Shown here piece by piece: positions 38,504 to 46,722 of a stretch of DNA of 64,000 nucleotides (position 1 is its first letter; each line of letters starts with the position of its first letter). The notes under the pieces are model-generated. The model did not search any database and was not told where the DNA came from. It saw only the letters and a list, made by a program, of their open reading frames with translations. Location of the stretch: the NCBI GenBank assembly GCA_046331155.1, contig JAXLRK010000001.1, positions 43,012 through 107,011 of the forward strand. The letters run 5' to 3'. The position numbers and the translations under genes are program-made. The stretch is from Acidimicrobiia bacterium. Its GTDB lineage: Bacteria > Actinomycetota > Acidimicrobiia > IMCC26256 > CAWATG01.

Positions 38504-41500
38504 TCAGGGCGTGGCGGATGCTACCGGTACGGGTTCGGAAGCGGGCATCAGGGACCGCAGCAGCTCGGTCACGGCCGGGGCGGCCCGGCCGTCGGGAACG
38601 CCGAGCGGCACCGCCAGCTCGCCGTCGTCCTTGGCGACGGCCTTCGGCGCCAGCCGGCGGAGCCGTACCTTCTGCGACTCCTTGAGCTCGAGGCCCAGGA
38701 GCCGGGCCGTCCCCTTCGCGACGGTGACGGACCGAACGCCGCTGCGGACGCACTCGGCGCGCAGCAGACCCACCTCGAGCAACGCCTCGGCCGGCCCGGG
38801 CAGCGGCCCGTACCGGTCCTGCCACTCGGTCCGGATGTCCTCGACGTCCGCCGCGCTGGTCACCGCGGCCAGGCGGCGGTACGCCTCCATGCGGACGTCG
38901 TCGCGCGACACGTACTCGCGCGGAAGGTGCGCCGCCACCGGGACCTCGATCGCGATCTCGACCGGTTCCTCCTTGGGCGCTCCGGTCAGCTCGCCGACTG
39001 CTTCGGTGACCATCTGGCAGTAGAGGTCGAACCCGACGGCCGCGATGTGTCCCGACTGCTCGCCTCCGAGCAGGTTGCCCGCGCCTCGGATCTCCAGGTC
39101 GCGCATGGCGATCTTGAAGCCCGAACCGAGATCGGTGAACTCGCCGATCGTCTTCAGCCGCTCGTACGCCTCCTCGGTGAGCACGCGGTCCGACGGATGG
39201 AGTAGGTACGCGTAGGCACGCTGGCCGCGCCGGCCCACGCGGCCGCGCAGCTGGTACATCTGCGCGAGGCCGAGCAGGTCGGAACGGTCGACGACGAGCG
39301 TGTTGACGCTCGGGATGTCGAGGCCGCTCTCCACGATCGTGGTGCAGACCAGCACGTCGTACTCGTGGTCCACGAAGTCCAACACGATCCGTTCGAGCGC
39401 GCCTTCGTCCATCTGCCCGTGCGCGATGCCGACGCGCGCCTCGGGCACGAGGTCACGTACGTGCTCTGCGACGTGTTCGATGTCCTGCACCCGGTTGTGC
39501 ACGAAGAACACCTGGCCTTCGCGCAGGAGCTCGCGCCGCACCGCCTCCGCGACGGCACGGTCGTCGTACTCGCCGACGTAGGTGAGGATCGGCTGGCGGT
39601 CCTCCGGCGGTGTCTGTACCAGCGAGAGGTCGCGGATGCCGGTGAGGCTCATCTCGAGCGTCCGCGGGATGGGGGTGGCGGACAGCGTCAGCACGTCGAC
39701 GTTGGCCCGCATCTCCTTGATTCGTTCCTTGTGCGTCACGCCGAAGCGCTGCTCCTCGTCGATCACGAGCAGACCGAGGTCCTTGAAGCGGATGTCCTCC
39801 GACAACAGCCGGTGCGTCCCGATCACGACGTCGACCGCACCGGTCGCGACGCCGTCGACGACCGCCTGCTGCTCCTTCGGCCCGAGGAACCGCGAGAGCA
39901 CCTCGACGCGCACCGGGTAGCTCGCGAACCGATCGCGGAACGTCTGGCCGTGCTGGGCGGCGAGCAGAGTCGTCGGCACGAGCACCGCGACCTGCTTGCC
40001 GTCCTGCACTGCCTTGAACGCGGCGCGCACCGCCACCTCCGTCTTGCCGTAGCCGACGTCGCCGCAGATGAGGCGGTCCATCGGGACGCCGCGCTCCATG
40101 TCGGCCTTGGTCTCGACGATCGCCTGGAGCTGGTCGGGCGTCTCCTCGTACGGGAACGCCGCCTCGACTTCGTGCTGCCACGGCGTGTCGGGCGCGAACG
40201 CGTGGCCGGGCGTGTGCAGTCGCTTGCGGTACAGGACCACGAGCTCCTGCGCGATCTCGGTGACGGCCTTGCGGACCTTGGCGCGGGCCTTGGCGAAGTC
40301 GCTGCCGCCCATGCGGTGCAGCGTCGGGGTCTCACCGCCGGTGTAACGGCGCACGATGCCGACCTGGTCGCTCGGCACGTAGAGCTTGTCGCCCCCCTTG
40401 TACTCGAGCAGCAGGTAGTCGCGTTCCGCGCCACCGATCGCGCGCGAGACCATGCCGGCGTACCTGCCGACGCCGTGGACCTGGTGCACCACGTAGTCGC
40501 CGGGCTTCAGGTCGTCGTAATAGTCGACGCCGCGCCGCGCGCCGCGAGGCCTGCGGTGCACGCGACGACGCCCGGTGAGATCCGATTCGGCGACGATCGC
40601 CAGCTCGAGGGCCGGAAGGATCACGCCCCGTTCGAGTGGCGCGACCGTCAGGTGCAGACCCGGACCGCGGAGTACGTCGGTCCCGATCCGTTCGAGGACC
40701 GGTACGGCCACGCCCTCGCCGGCCAGGATGTCGTGCAGCCGGTCCGCCGACCCGCGACCGTCGGCCGCGATCACGACGCGGAAACCCTCGGCCCGGAGCT
40801 TGGTCAGGCGCCGGGCGAGTCCCTCGGCGTCGCCGACGACCGGATCGAAGGCGGTCGCCGCGAGCACCGGCGTCTCCGGGTTCTCCGGGGCGGAGAGCAA
40901 AGAGGTCGCGGCGGCGGTCGTGTGCGCGAGCAGCCGGTCGAACGGCAACGACAGGCGCGGGAACTCGCGGTCGCCGGGCACGTCCCAGGTGGTCGCGAGG
41001 CTCGAGGCGAGCGCGGCCTCCTCGTCGAGCAGCTCCCGGGCGCGGTCGCGCATCCGCTTCGGTTCCGCGAGCAGTACGAGTGCGTCGCGCGGGAGGAGGT
41101 CGGACAGCAGGTGCTCGTCCTCGCAGAGCCACGGCAGCCACGACTCCATGCCGTCGAACGTCTGCCCCTGGGCCAACCGCTCCCACTGCTCACGGCCCCA
41201 GGGTTCGGCCCCGACGAGGTTCTCGGCGCGATCCCGGACCTCGGCCGTCGGCACCAGCTCGCGCGCGGGGAAGATCGAGACCCTGTCGAGCTCGTGGGTG
41301 GATCGCTGGTCGGCGATCGAGAACGCGGAGAGCCGGTCGACCTCGTCGCCCCAGAGGTCGATGCGCACCGGGTGGTCGGCGGTCGCGGGGTACACGTCGA
41401 CGATCGAGCCCCGCACCGCGACCTCGCCGCGGGCCTCGACTTGGTACTCGCGCCGGTAGCCCATCGACACGAGCCGTTCGAGCAACTCGTCGCGGTCGAC

Positions 41501-41956
41501 GCGTGCTGCCGGCCGGACCGCGACGGGTTCGACGTCCTCGACGTGCGGGCCCAACCGCTGGATCAGCGCGCGAACCGGCGCGACGACGACCGCGGGGAGC
41601 TGCGCGCCGCCGTGCCGCAGCCGCCACATGACCCGCTGCCGGCGGCCCATCGTCTCGAGCGACGGCGACACCCGCTCGAACGGGAGGGTCTCCCAGGCAG
41701 GGAACAGCTCGACCTCGTCGTCGCCGAGGAACCGGCGCAGATCGTGCCCGACGCGCTCGGCCTCCGCGCCGGTCGGGACCGCGAGGAGGACGGGCCGGCG
41801 CCCGGTGGTCCCCACCAACGCGGCCGCAAACAGAGCCCGGGCCGCGTCGGGCACCGCGACGACGGGCGCCGACCCGGTCGCGGCCGCGACGAGGCCCGGC
41901 TCCCGGGCGAGGAGCCGGGGGATCTCGGCCAGTGCCAGCTTGTTTGTGTCGGCCAT
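38504..41956 (-). CDS. mfd: transcription-repair coupling factor
   Basis: 1150 aa with the CarD-like '[14 protein letters not shown]', helicase motifs '[14 protein letters not shown]', 'DEEQRFG' and 'QLRGRVGR', and a TRCF C-domain. Confidence 0.97.
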   Translation of the reverse strand: MADTNKLALAEIPRLLAREPGLVAAATGSAPVVAVPDAARALFAAALVGTTGRRPVLLAVPTGAEAERVGHDLRRFLGDDEVELFPAWETLPFERVSPSLETMGRRQRVMWRLRHGGAQLPAVVVAPVRALIQRLGPHVEDVEPVAVRPAARVDRDELLERLVSMGYRREYQVEARGEVAVRGSIVDVYPATADHPVRIDLWGDEVDRLSAFSIADQRSTHELDRVSIFPARELVPTAEVRDRAENLVGAEPWGREQWERLAQGQTFDGMESWLPWLCEDEHLLSDLLPRDALVLLAEPKRMRDRARELLDEEAALASSLATTWDVPGDREFPRLSLPFDRLLAHTTAAATSLLSAPENPETPVLAATAFDPVVGDAEGLARRLTKLRAEGFRVVIAADGRGSADRLHDILAGEGVAVPVLERIGTDVLRGPGLHLTVAPLERGVILPALELAIVAESDLTGRRRVHRRPRGARRGVDYYDDLKPGDYVVHQVHGVGRYAGMVSRAIGGAERDYLLLEYKGGDKLYVPSDQVGIVRRYTGGETPTLHRMGGSDFAKARAKVRKAVTEIAQELVVLYRKRLHTPGHAFAPDTPWQHEVEAAFPYEETPDQLQAIVETKADMERGVPMDRLICGDVGYGKTEVAVRAAFKAVQDGKQVAVLVPTTLLAAQHGQTFRDRFASYPVRVEVLSRFLGPKEQQAVVDGVATGAVDVVIGTHRLLSEDIRFKDLGLLVIDEEQRFGVTHKERIKEMRANVDVLTLSATPIPRTLEMSLTGIRDLSLVQTPPEDRQPILTYVGEYDDRAVAEAVRRELLREGQVFFVHNRVQDIEHVAEHVRDLVPEARVGIAHGQMDEGALERIVLDFVDHEYDVLVCTTIVESGLDIPSVNTLVVDRSDLLGLAQMYQLRGRVGRRGQRAYAYLLHPSDRVLTEEAYERLKTIGEFTDLGSGFKIAMRDLEIRGAGNLLGGEQSGHIAAVGFDLYCQMVTEAVGELTGAPKEEPVEIAIEVPVAAHLPREYVSRDDVRMEAYRRLAAVTSAADVEDIRTEWQDRYGPLPGPAEALLEVGLLRAECVRSGVRSVTVAKGTARLLGLELKESQKVRLRRLAPKAVAKDDGELAVPLGVPDGRAAPAVTELLRSLMPASEPVPVASATP

Positions 41957-42376
41957 GGACTGCTTTCGAATTCCCGATCACGGATCGTGGCATTCGCGCG
42001 ACCGCGGTCGCGTGCATCCCACTCTCCGCTGTACCCGCACCGGAACTCGCGTCGGCTTACGAGTGCATTAGTCAGCCTACCGACGAGCTGTGACAGTCAT
42101 ACGTCGACGACGCACCCGCGAAGCTCTCGACGGAGCTGCTGGATCGAAGCGAAGCCCTCTCCAGAGACCGAGGTCGCGTACCAGGTCGGCCGCGCCTGCA
42201 TCGACCGCAGATCCGAAGCCGGCTGAGCGACGCCGACCACACTCGCTCTCCAGATGCCTCAGGTAGCTCCACTGGGCCTGAGGGTTGACTCGAGTCGGGA
42301 GATCCGTTCGTCCGCGTCAGTCTCGCCCATGCACCCACTCCTTTCACGTCGTGTCCACGCAAAGGCCGATAGCCGC

Positions 42377-42985
42377 TCAGTTGAAACGGTTCATGGCCGC
42401 GTCGACGCCGTCGCGCAGGATCGCCTCGACCGCGTCGGCGGCCTGCTCGATCGTCACGTCGATCTCGGCCCGTTCCGCCTTCGAGAACTTCCGCAGCACG
42501 TGGTCGGCACCCTGCTCCTTGCCGCCCGGCGGCTTGCCGACCCCGATGCGGACCCGCAGGAACTCGTCGCTGTGCAGGTGCGACTTGATCGACCGCAGGC
42601 CGTTGTGGCCCGCGAGCCCACCGCCGACCTTCACCTTGAGCGCGGCGACGGGGAGGTCGAGCTCGTCATGCACGATCACGATTGTCGACGGGCCCACCCC
42701 GAGTCGCCGTACCAGTGGCGCGACCGCCTGGCCCGACTCGTTCATGAAGGTGAGCGGCACCGCGAGCGCAACGCGCTTGCCGCCGACGCGTATCTCGTCG
42801 ACCAGCGCCCGCTCCTTGGTCTTGCGCAGACGCGCGCCGTGGCGCTTCGCCAGCAGCTCGACGACCTCGGCCCCCACGTTGTGACGGCTCCGGGCGTACT
42901 CCGCGCCGGGGTTTCCGAGCCCGACCACCAGGAGGTCCGCGGGCGTGCCGGTCCGTTCGGCGCCCGGACCGCGGCGCCGGAGCAC
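42377..42985 (-). CDS. pth: peptidyl-tRNA hydrolase
   Basis: Has 'LVVGLGNPGAEYARSRHNVG' and 'GHNGLRSI'. Confidence 0.95.
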   Translation of the reverse strand: MLRRRGPGAERTGTPADLLVVGLGNPGAEYARSRHNVGAEVVELLAKRHGARLRKTKERALVDEIRVGGKRVALAVPLTFMNESGQAVAPLVRRLGVGPSTIVIVHDELDLPVAALKVKVGGGLAGHNGLRSIKSHLHSDEFLRVRIGVGKPPGGKEQGADHVLRKFSKAERAEIDVTIEQAADAVEAILRDGVDAAMNRFN

Positions 42986-42988
42986 CGG

Positions 42989-43651
42989 CTACTCCCCGCC
43001 GGAGGCTTCGCCCTCGCCGCCCTCGGCGGCCGCACCGCCCTCGGCCCCTTCGCCCTCGGCCGCCTCGCCTTCGGCGCCCTCCTCCTCGGCCCCCAGGCCA
43101 CGCGGCACGGCGACCTGGGCGACGAGCTCGGTGGGCTCCTGGAGCGTGACCACGCCCCGCGGGAGGACGAGATCGCTGATGTGCAACTGGTCGGAGAGGT
43201 CGAGCTGCGAGACGTCGGCTTCGATCGCGGTGGGGATGTCGGCGGGCTTGGCCTCCACGGTGAGCGTGAAGATCAGCTGCTCGAGGAGACCGCCGTTCTT
43301 GACGCCTTCGGGTTCTCCGGTGAGGGTGATCGGGACCTCGGCCTGCACCGCGGTGTCGCGCCGGATGCGGATGAAGTCGACGTGGAGCAGGTCGCCCCGC
43401 ACCGGGTGACGTTGGATCTGACGGGCCAGCGTGAGCACGGAGTCGCCGTCGAGCTTCAGCGTGATCAGCGTGTTGGCGCCGGTCTCGCTGTGGAGGATCG
43501 AGTTGAGCTCCCGGGTGGGCACGGTCACGGACACGCAATCGGTCTCGAGGCCGTAGACCACGGCGGGCAGCCTGCCCTGGCGGCGGAGGCGGCCGGCCGG
43601 CCCGGACCCGGCGGAGGTGCGCTTCTCGGCGGCGAGCGTGACGTCAGACAT
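42989..43651 (-). CDS. rplY: 50S ribosomal protein L25 / general stress protein Ctc, with acidic Gly/Glu/Ala tail
   Basis: Has 'RLRRQGRLPAVVYG' and 'RHPVRGDLLHVDF'. I chose the ATG at 43651 ('MSDVTLAAEKR'). Confidence 0.9.
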   Translation of the reverse strand: MSDVTLAAEKRTSAGSGPAGRLRRQGRLPAVVYGLETDCVSVTVPTRELNSILHSETGANTLITLKLDGDSVLTLARQIQRHPVRGDLLHVDFIRIRRDTAVQAEVPITLTGEPEGVKNGGLLEQLIFTLTVEAKPADIPTAIEADVSQLDLSDQLHISDLVLPRGVVTLQEPTELVAQVAVPRGLGAEEEGAEGEAAEGEGAEGGAAAEGGEGEASGGE

Positions 43652-43777
43652 GGCGCGTGAGGTCCTTTGCACAGGAACGGCGGAACGCACCAGTCTGCCA
43701 CGCGGGCCCGGTCGGCCCCAATCCCCGCTCGATCCGACCCCCGAGGAACTGTCGGCACCGCCCGTCGGCGCCCGCCG

Positions 43778-44761
43778 TCAGACGTTGTCGCCGCGGAAGA
43801 TCTCGCTGACGGACGTGTCCTCGAAGACGGCGTCGAGGGCGTCGGCGATGATGGGGGCGATCGAGAGCACCCGGAGGTTCTCGAACCGCTTGTCGGCCGG
43901 GATCGGGATCGTGTTGGTGAGGACGAGCTCGCGGATCGGGGCGGCCCGGAGCCGTTCGACCGCGGGACCCGAGAGCAGCCCGTGCGTCGCCACCACGAAC
44001 ACCTCGGCCGCACCCCGGTCGACCAACAGGTTGGCGGCGCTGACGATCGTGCCCGCGGTGTCGATCATGTCGTCGACGAGCAGGCACGTGCGGCCGGCCA
44101 CCTCGCCGACCACCTCGGTCGCCTCGGCCACGTTGTGGGTGCCGCGTGGCCGGCGCTTGTCGATGAACGCCAGCTCGCACTCGATGTCGTGGTGCCCGAG
44201 CGCGTTGGCGTACCGGCGGGCGAGCTTGCCGCCACCCGCGTCGGGAGAGACGACCGTCACCTCGCCGTCGACGCTCTCGGCCAGGTACTCCGCGAGGAGC
44301 GGCACCGCGGTGAGGTGGTCCACCGGCTTGTCGAAGAACCCCTGGATCTGACCGGTGTGGAGGTCGACGGTCACGACCCGGTCGCACCCGGCGGCGGTGA
44401 GGACGTCGGCCACCAACCGCGCCGTGATCGGTTCGCGACCCTCGGCCTTGCGGTCCTGGCGCGCGTACCCGTAGAACGGGCAGACCGCGGTGATCCGTTT
44501 CGCCGACGCCCGTTTGGCGGCATCGATCATGATGAGCTGCTCGAAGATCCGGTCGTTGATCGGCTCGCAGTGGCTCTGGAGGACGAAGACGTCCGCACCG
44601 CGGATGCTCTCGGAGAACCGGCAGTAGATCTCGCCGTTCGCGAAGGTCGACAGCACGACCTCGCCGAGCGGGACCTTCAGGCTCGTCGCGATCTCGTCGG
44701 CCAGCTCGGGGTTCCCGCGCCCGCTGAAGAGCATCAGCCTCTTCTTGGTGACCAGCTCCAT
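43778..44761 (-). CDS. prs: ribose-phosphate diphosphokinase
   Basis: Has 'YARQDRK', 'LLVDDMIDTAGT' and 'VVATHGLLSGPA'. Confidence 0.95.
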   Translation of the reverse strand: MELVTKKRLMLFSGRGNPELADEIATSLKVPLGEVVLSTFANGEIYCRFSESIRGADVFVLQSHCEPINDRIFEQLIMIDAAKRASAKRITAVCPFYGYARQDRKAEGREPITARLVADVLTAAGCDRVVTVDLHTGQIQGFFDKPVDHLTAVPLLAEYLAESVDGEVTVVSPDAGGGKLARRYANALGHHDIECELAFIDKRRPRGTHNVAEATEVVGEVAGRTCLLVDDMIDTAGTIVSAANLLVDRGAAEVFVVATHGLLSGPAVERLRAAPIRELVLTNTIPIPADKRFENLRVLSIAPIIADALDAVFEDTSVSEIFRGDNV

Positions 44762-44837
44762 CCGGCTCCTCCACGCGACGCCTGACGGTGTCTCGGCCCA
44801 TTCTTGCCGACGATCGCCGATCGCGCCCGGTCGACGG

Positions 44838-46262
44838 TCAGGCGGGGCCGGGCTCCTCCCCGCCGGATTCCCGCGTGGCCCAACCTTCGTCGATGCGCGC
44901 GGGCACGCCTTTCGCCAATGCGCCGGGCGGTACGTCGTTGGTCACGACGGCACCTGCGCCGGTGTACGCGCCGTCGCCGACCTCGACCGGCGCGACGAGC
45001 ACCGTGTTGGAGCCGGTGCGGACGTCCTTGCCGATCTTGGTGCGATGCTTCTGCCTACCGTCGTAGTTGGCCGTGATCGTGCCGGCACCGAGGTTCGCGC
45101 CCGCCCCGATCTCGGCGTCGCCGACGTACGAGAGGTGCGGCACCTTCGCACCCTCCCCGACCTCGGAGTTCTTCAGCTCGACGAACGACCCGACATGCGC
45201 GTCGGGGAGCAGGCGCGTCCCCGGTCGGAGATGGGCGAACGGACCGACCGCCGCACGGTCGCCGATCTCGCTGTCGCGCGCCACGGTCTGCTGGATCACC
45301 GCGTCGTCCCCGACGATCGTGTCGACCAGCCGCGTGTCGGGCCCGACGACCGACCTGGTACCGATCACCGTCCGGCCCTCGAGCAGCGTGCCCGGGAGGA
45401 TGCGGACGTCGGGCTCGAGCTCGACCGTCGCGTCGATGTAGGTGCGGGCCGGGTCCACGATCGACACGCCGTCGCGCATCCAGCGCGTGTTGATGCGCAT
45501 TCGGAGCGTGGCCTCGGCCGCGGCAAGCTGCGCGCGGTCGTTCACCCCCGATGCCTCCTCGGCGTCGTCGGCCGCGACCGCGACCACCGTGTGACCGGTC
45601 TGGTGGAGGACGCCGATCACGTCGGTCAGGTAGTACTCACCCTGCGCGTTCTCGGGTGACAGCCGGCGCAGCGCGGGCGCGAGCAGGCCGCGACGGAAGC
45701 AGTAGATCGACGTGCAGACCTCGTTGATCGCGAGCTGTTCCTCGGTGGAATCGGTCTGCTCGACGATGCGGTCGACGCGGCCGTGCGAGTCGCGCACGAC
45801 GCGGCCGTAGCCCGTCGGATCGTCGAGCTCGACGGTGAGCAGCGTCGCCGCCGCGTCGGCCAGCCGGTGCTCCCGGGCCAGGCGCGCGAGGGTCTCGGCC
45901 CGCAGCAGTGGCGCGTCGCCGGGGAGCACGACGAGGTCGTCCTCGCCGTCGAGCTCGTCCGCGAACGCGGTCAACGCGACGCTCGCCGCGTCGCCGGTGC
46001 CGCGCTGCACGCGCTGCTCCACGAACTCGATGCGCATCTCGGTGGCGAGCTGGTCCTGGAGCGTCTTGGTGACCCGTTCGGCCCCGTGCCCGACCACCAC
46101 GACGATTCGCTCGAGCGGCAGCTCCACGAGCGCGTCGACGACGTGCAACAGCATCGGCCGCCCGCACAGCGGGTGGAGCACCTTCGGCGTCGCCGAACGC
46201 ATCCGCGTGCCCTCGCCCGCTGCGAGCACGACGGCCGACAACGGTCTGTACCCGGTCTTCAT
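44838..46262 (-). CDS. glmU: bifunctional UDP-N-acetylglucosamine diphosphorylase / glucosamine-1-phosphate N-acetyltransferase
   Basis: Has 'AVVLAAGEGTRMRS' and C-terminal left-handed beta-helix hexapeptide repeats. Confidence 0.95.
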   Translation of the reverse strand: MKTGYRPLSAVVLAAGEGTRMRSATPKVLHPLCGRPMLLHVVDALVELPLERIVVVVGHGAERVTKTLQDQLATEMRIEFVEQRVQRGTGDAASVALTAFADELDGEDDLVVLPGDAPLLRAETLARLAREHRLADAAATLLTVELDDPTGYGRVVRDSHGRVDRIVEQTDSTEEQLAINEVCTSIYCFRRGLLAPALRRLSPENAQGEYYLTDVIGVLHQTGHTVVAVAADDAEEASGVNDRAQLAAAEATLRMRINTRWMRDGVSIVDPARTYIDATVELEPDVRILPGTLLEGRTVIGTRSVVGPDTRLVDTIVGDDAVIQQTVARDSEIGDRAAVGPFAHLRPGTRLLPDAHVGSFVELKNSEVGEGAKVPHLSYVGDAEIGAGANLGAGTITANYDGRQKHRTKIGKDVRTGSNTVLVAPVEVGDGAYTGAGAVVTNDVPPGALAKGVPARIDEGWATRESGGEEPGPA

Positions 46263-46380
46263 TGTCGCCCTCGCTGCGACGCCGGGATACCCGGCGTCGC
46301 GGGCGCTCGGGACTCCGAATCCATTGGTCGCCCTCGCTGCGACGCCGGGATACCCGGCGTCGCGGGCGCTCGGGACTCCG
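46261..46380 (-). repeat. 63-bp tandem repeat (2 copies) with 11-bp-stem hairpins, abutting the glmU start codon
   Basis: Units start at 46261 and 46323 (plus-strand coordinates). Hairpins gcgacgccggg-ata-cccggcgtcgc lie at 46276..46300 and 46339..46363. Read on the minus strand, each unit ends GCAGCGAGGGCGAC(C)AATG. Confidence 0.9.
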
Positions 46381-46462
46381 TGCTCGCTCGGCTTCGCTCG
46401 CTCGCCGCGGATCCAATCCTCAGGTCGATCACCGATGCATCACCCTCAGTCGCGCCGCTCAG

Positions 46463-46533
46463 CTCGGGGGCGAGGTCTCGAACCTCGACTTGGGACTCCA
46501 AAGGACCCCGTGCTGCCATTACACCACCCCCGA
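46463..46533 (-). tRNA. tRNA-Gln (anticodon UUG)
   Basis: Hand-folded: acceptor TCGGGGG/CCCCCGA, D arm GTGT-AATGGCA-GCAC, anticodon arm GGGTC-CTTTGGA-GTCCC (one U.U mismatch), T arm CGAGG-TTCGAGA-CCTCG, discriminator G. The tRNA-Gln / glmU / prs order matches other actinobacteria. Confidence 0.85.
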
Positions 46534-46620
46534 CCGGGTCCGCCGACCTTACCGCCGCCCAGGAACCCGACCGCCGCAATGTGACAGCCGCGACGCCGAC
46601 GGCTAGCGTCAGCACCCGCC

Positions 46621-46722
46621 ATGGGCTCCCTGATCAAGAAGCGCCGCAAGCGCATGCGCAAGAAGAAGCACAAGAAGCTGCTCAAGAAGACGCGCTGGCA
46701 GCGTCGTCAGCAGGGCCGCTGA
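46621..46722 (+). CDS. 30S ribosomal protein bS22 (actinobacterial 33-aa micro-protein; AURKAIP1/COX24-like)
   Basis: Absent from the ORF track. Translation is [33 protein letters not shown], near-identical in pattern to mycobacterial bS22 ([21 protein letters not shown]...) as I recall it. Confidence 0.85.
   Translation: [33 protein letters not shown]

Noticed and set aside
35874-38825. 983-aa minus-strand ORF suggesting one giant protein
   Set aside because: It is a read-through of non-coding or other-frame sequence. The N-terminal ~480 aa are Arg/Gly/Pro-rich junk overlapping the real PPIase lipoprotein gene in another frame. The genuine MazG-type gene starts at the GTG at 37367.
39365-42226. 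953-aa plus-strand ORF antisense to mfd, and similar long antisense ORFs such as 7647..9089, 19622..21643, 14254..15372, 36073..36981 and 50501..52096
   Set aside because: These are typical stop-codon-poor antisense or off-frame ORFs of a very GC-rich genome. Their translations are Arg/Gly/Pro/Asp-rich with no motifs, and each overlaps a gene with strong family signatures on the other strand or frame.
42259-42261. In-frame TGA in the small ORF between pth and mfd as a selenocysteine or readthrough codon
   Set aside because: No SECIS-like hairpin immediately downstream was evident. The upstream 23 codons have weak GC3 for this genome, and no selenoprotein context exists. Decay or non-coding sequence is more parsimonious.
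46259-46615. 118-aa minus-strand ORF upstream of glmU
   Set aside because: It runs straight through the tRNA-Gln gene and the tandem repeats. Only its last 21 codons (the uORF from the ATG at 46324) are considered as a possibility.
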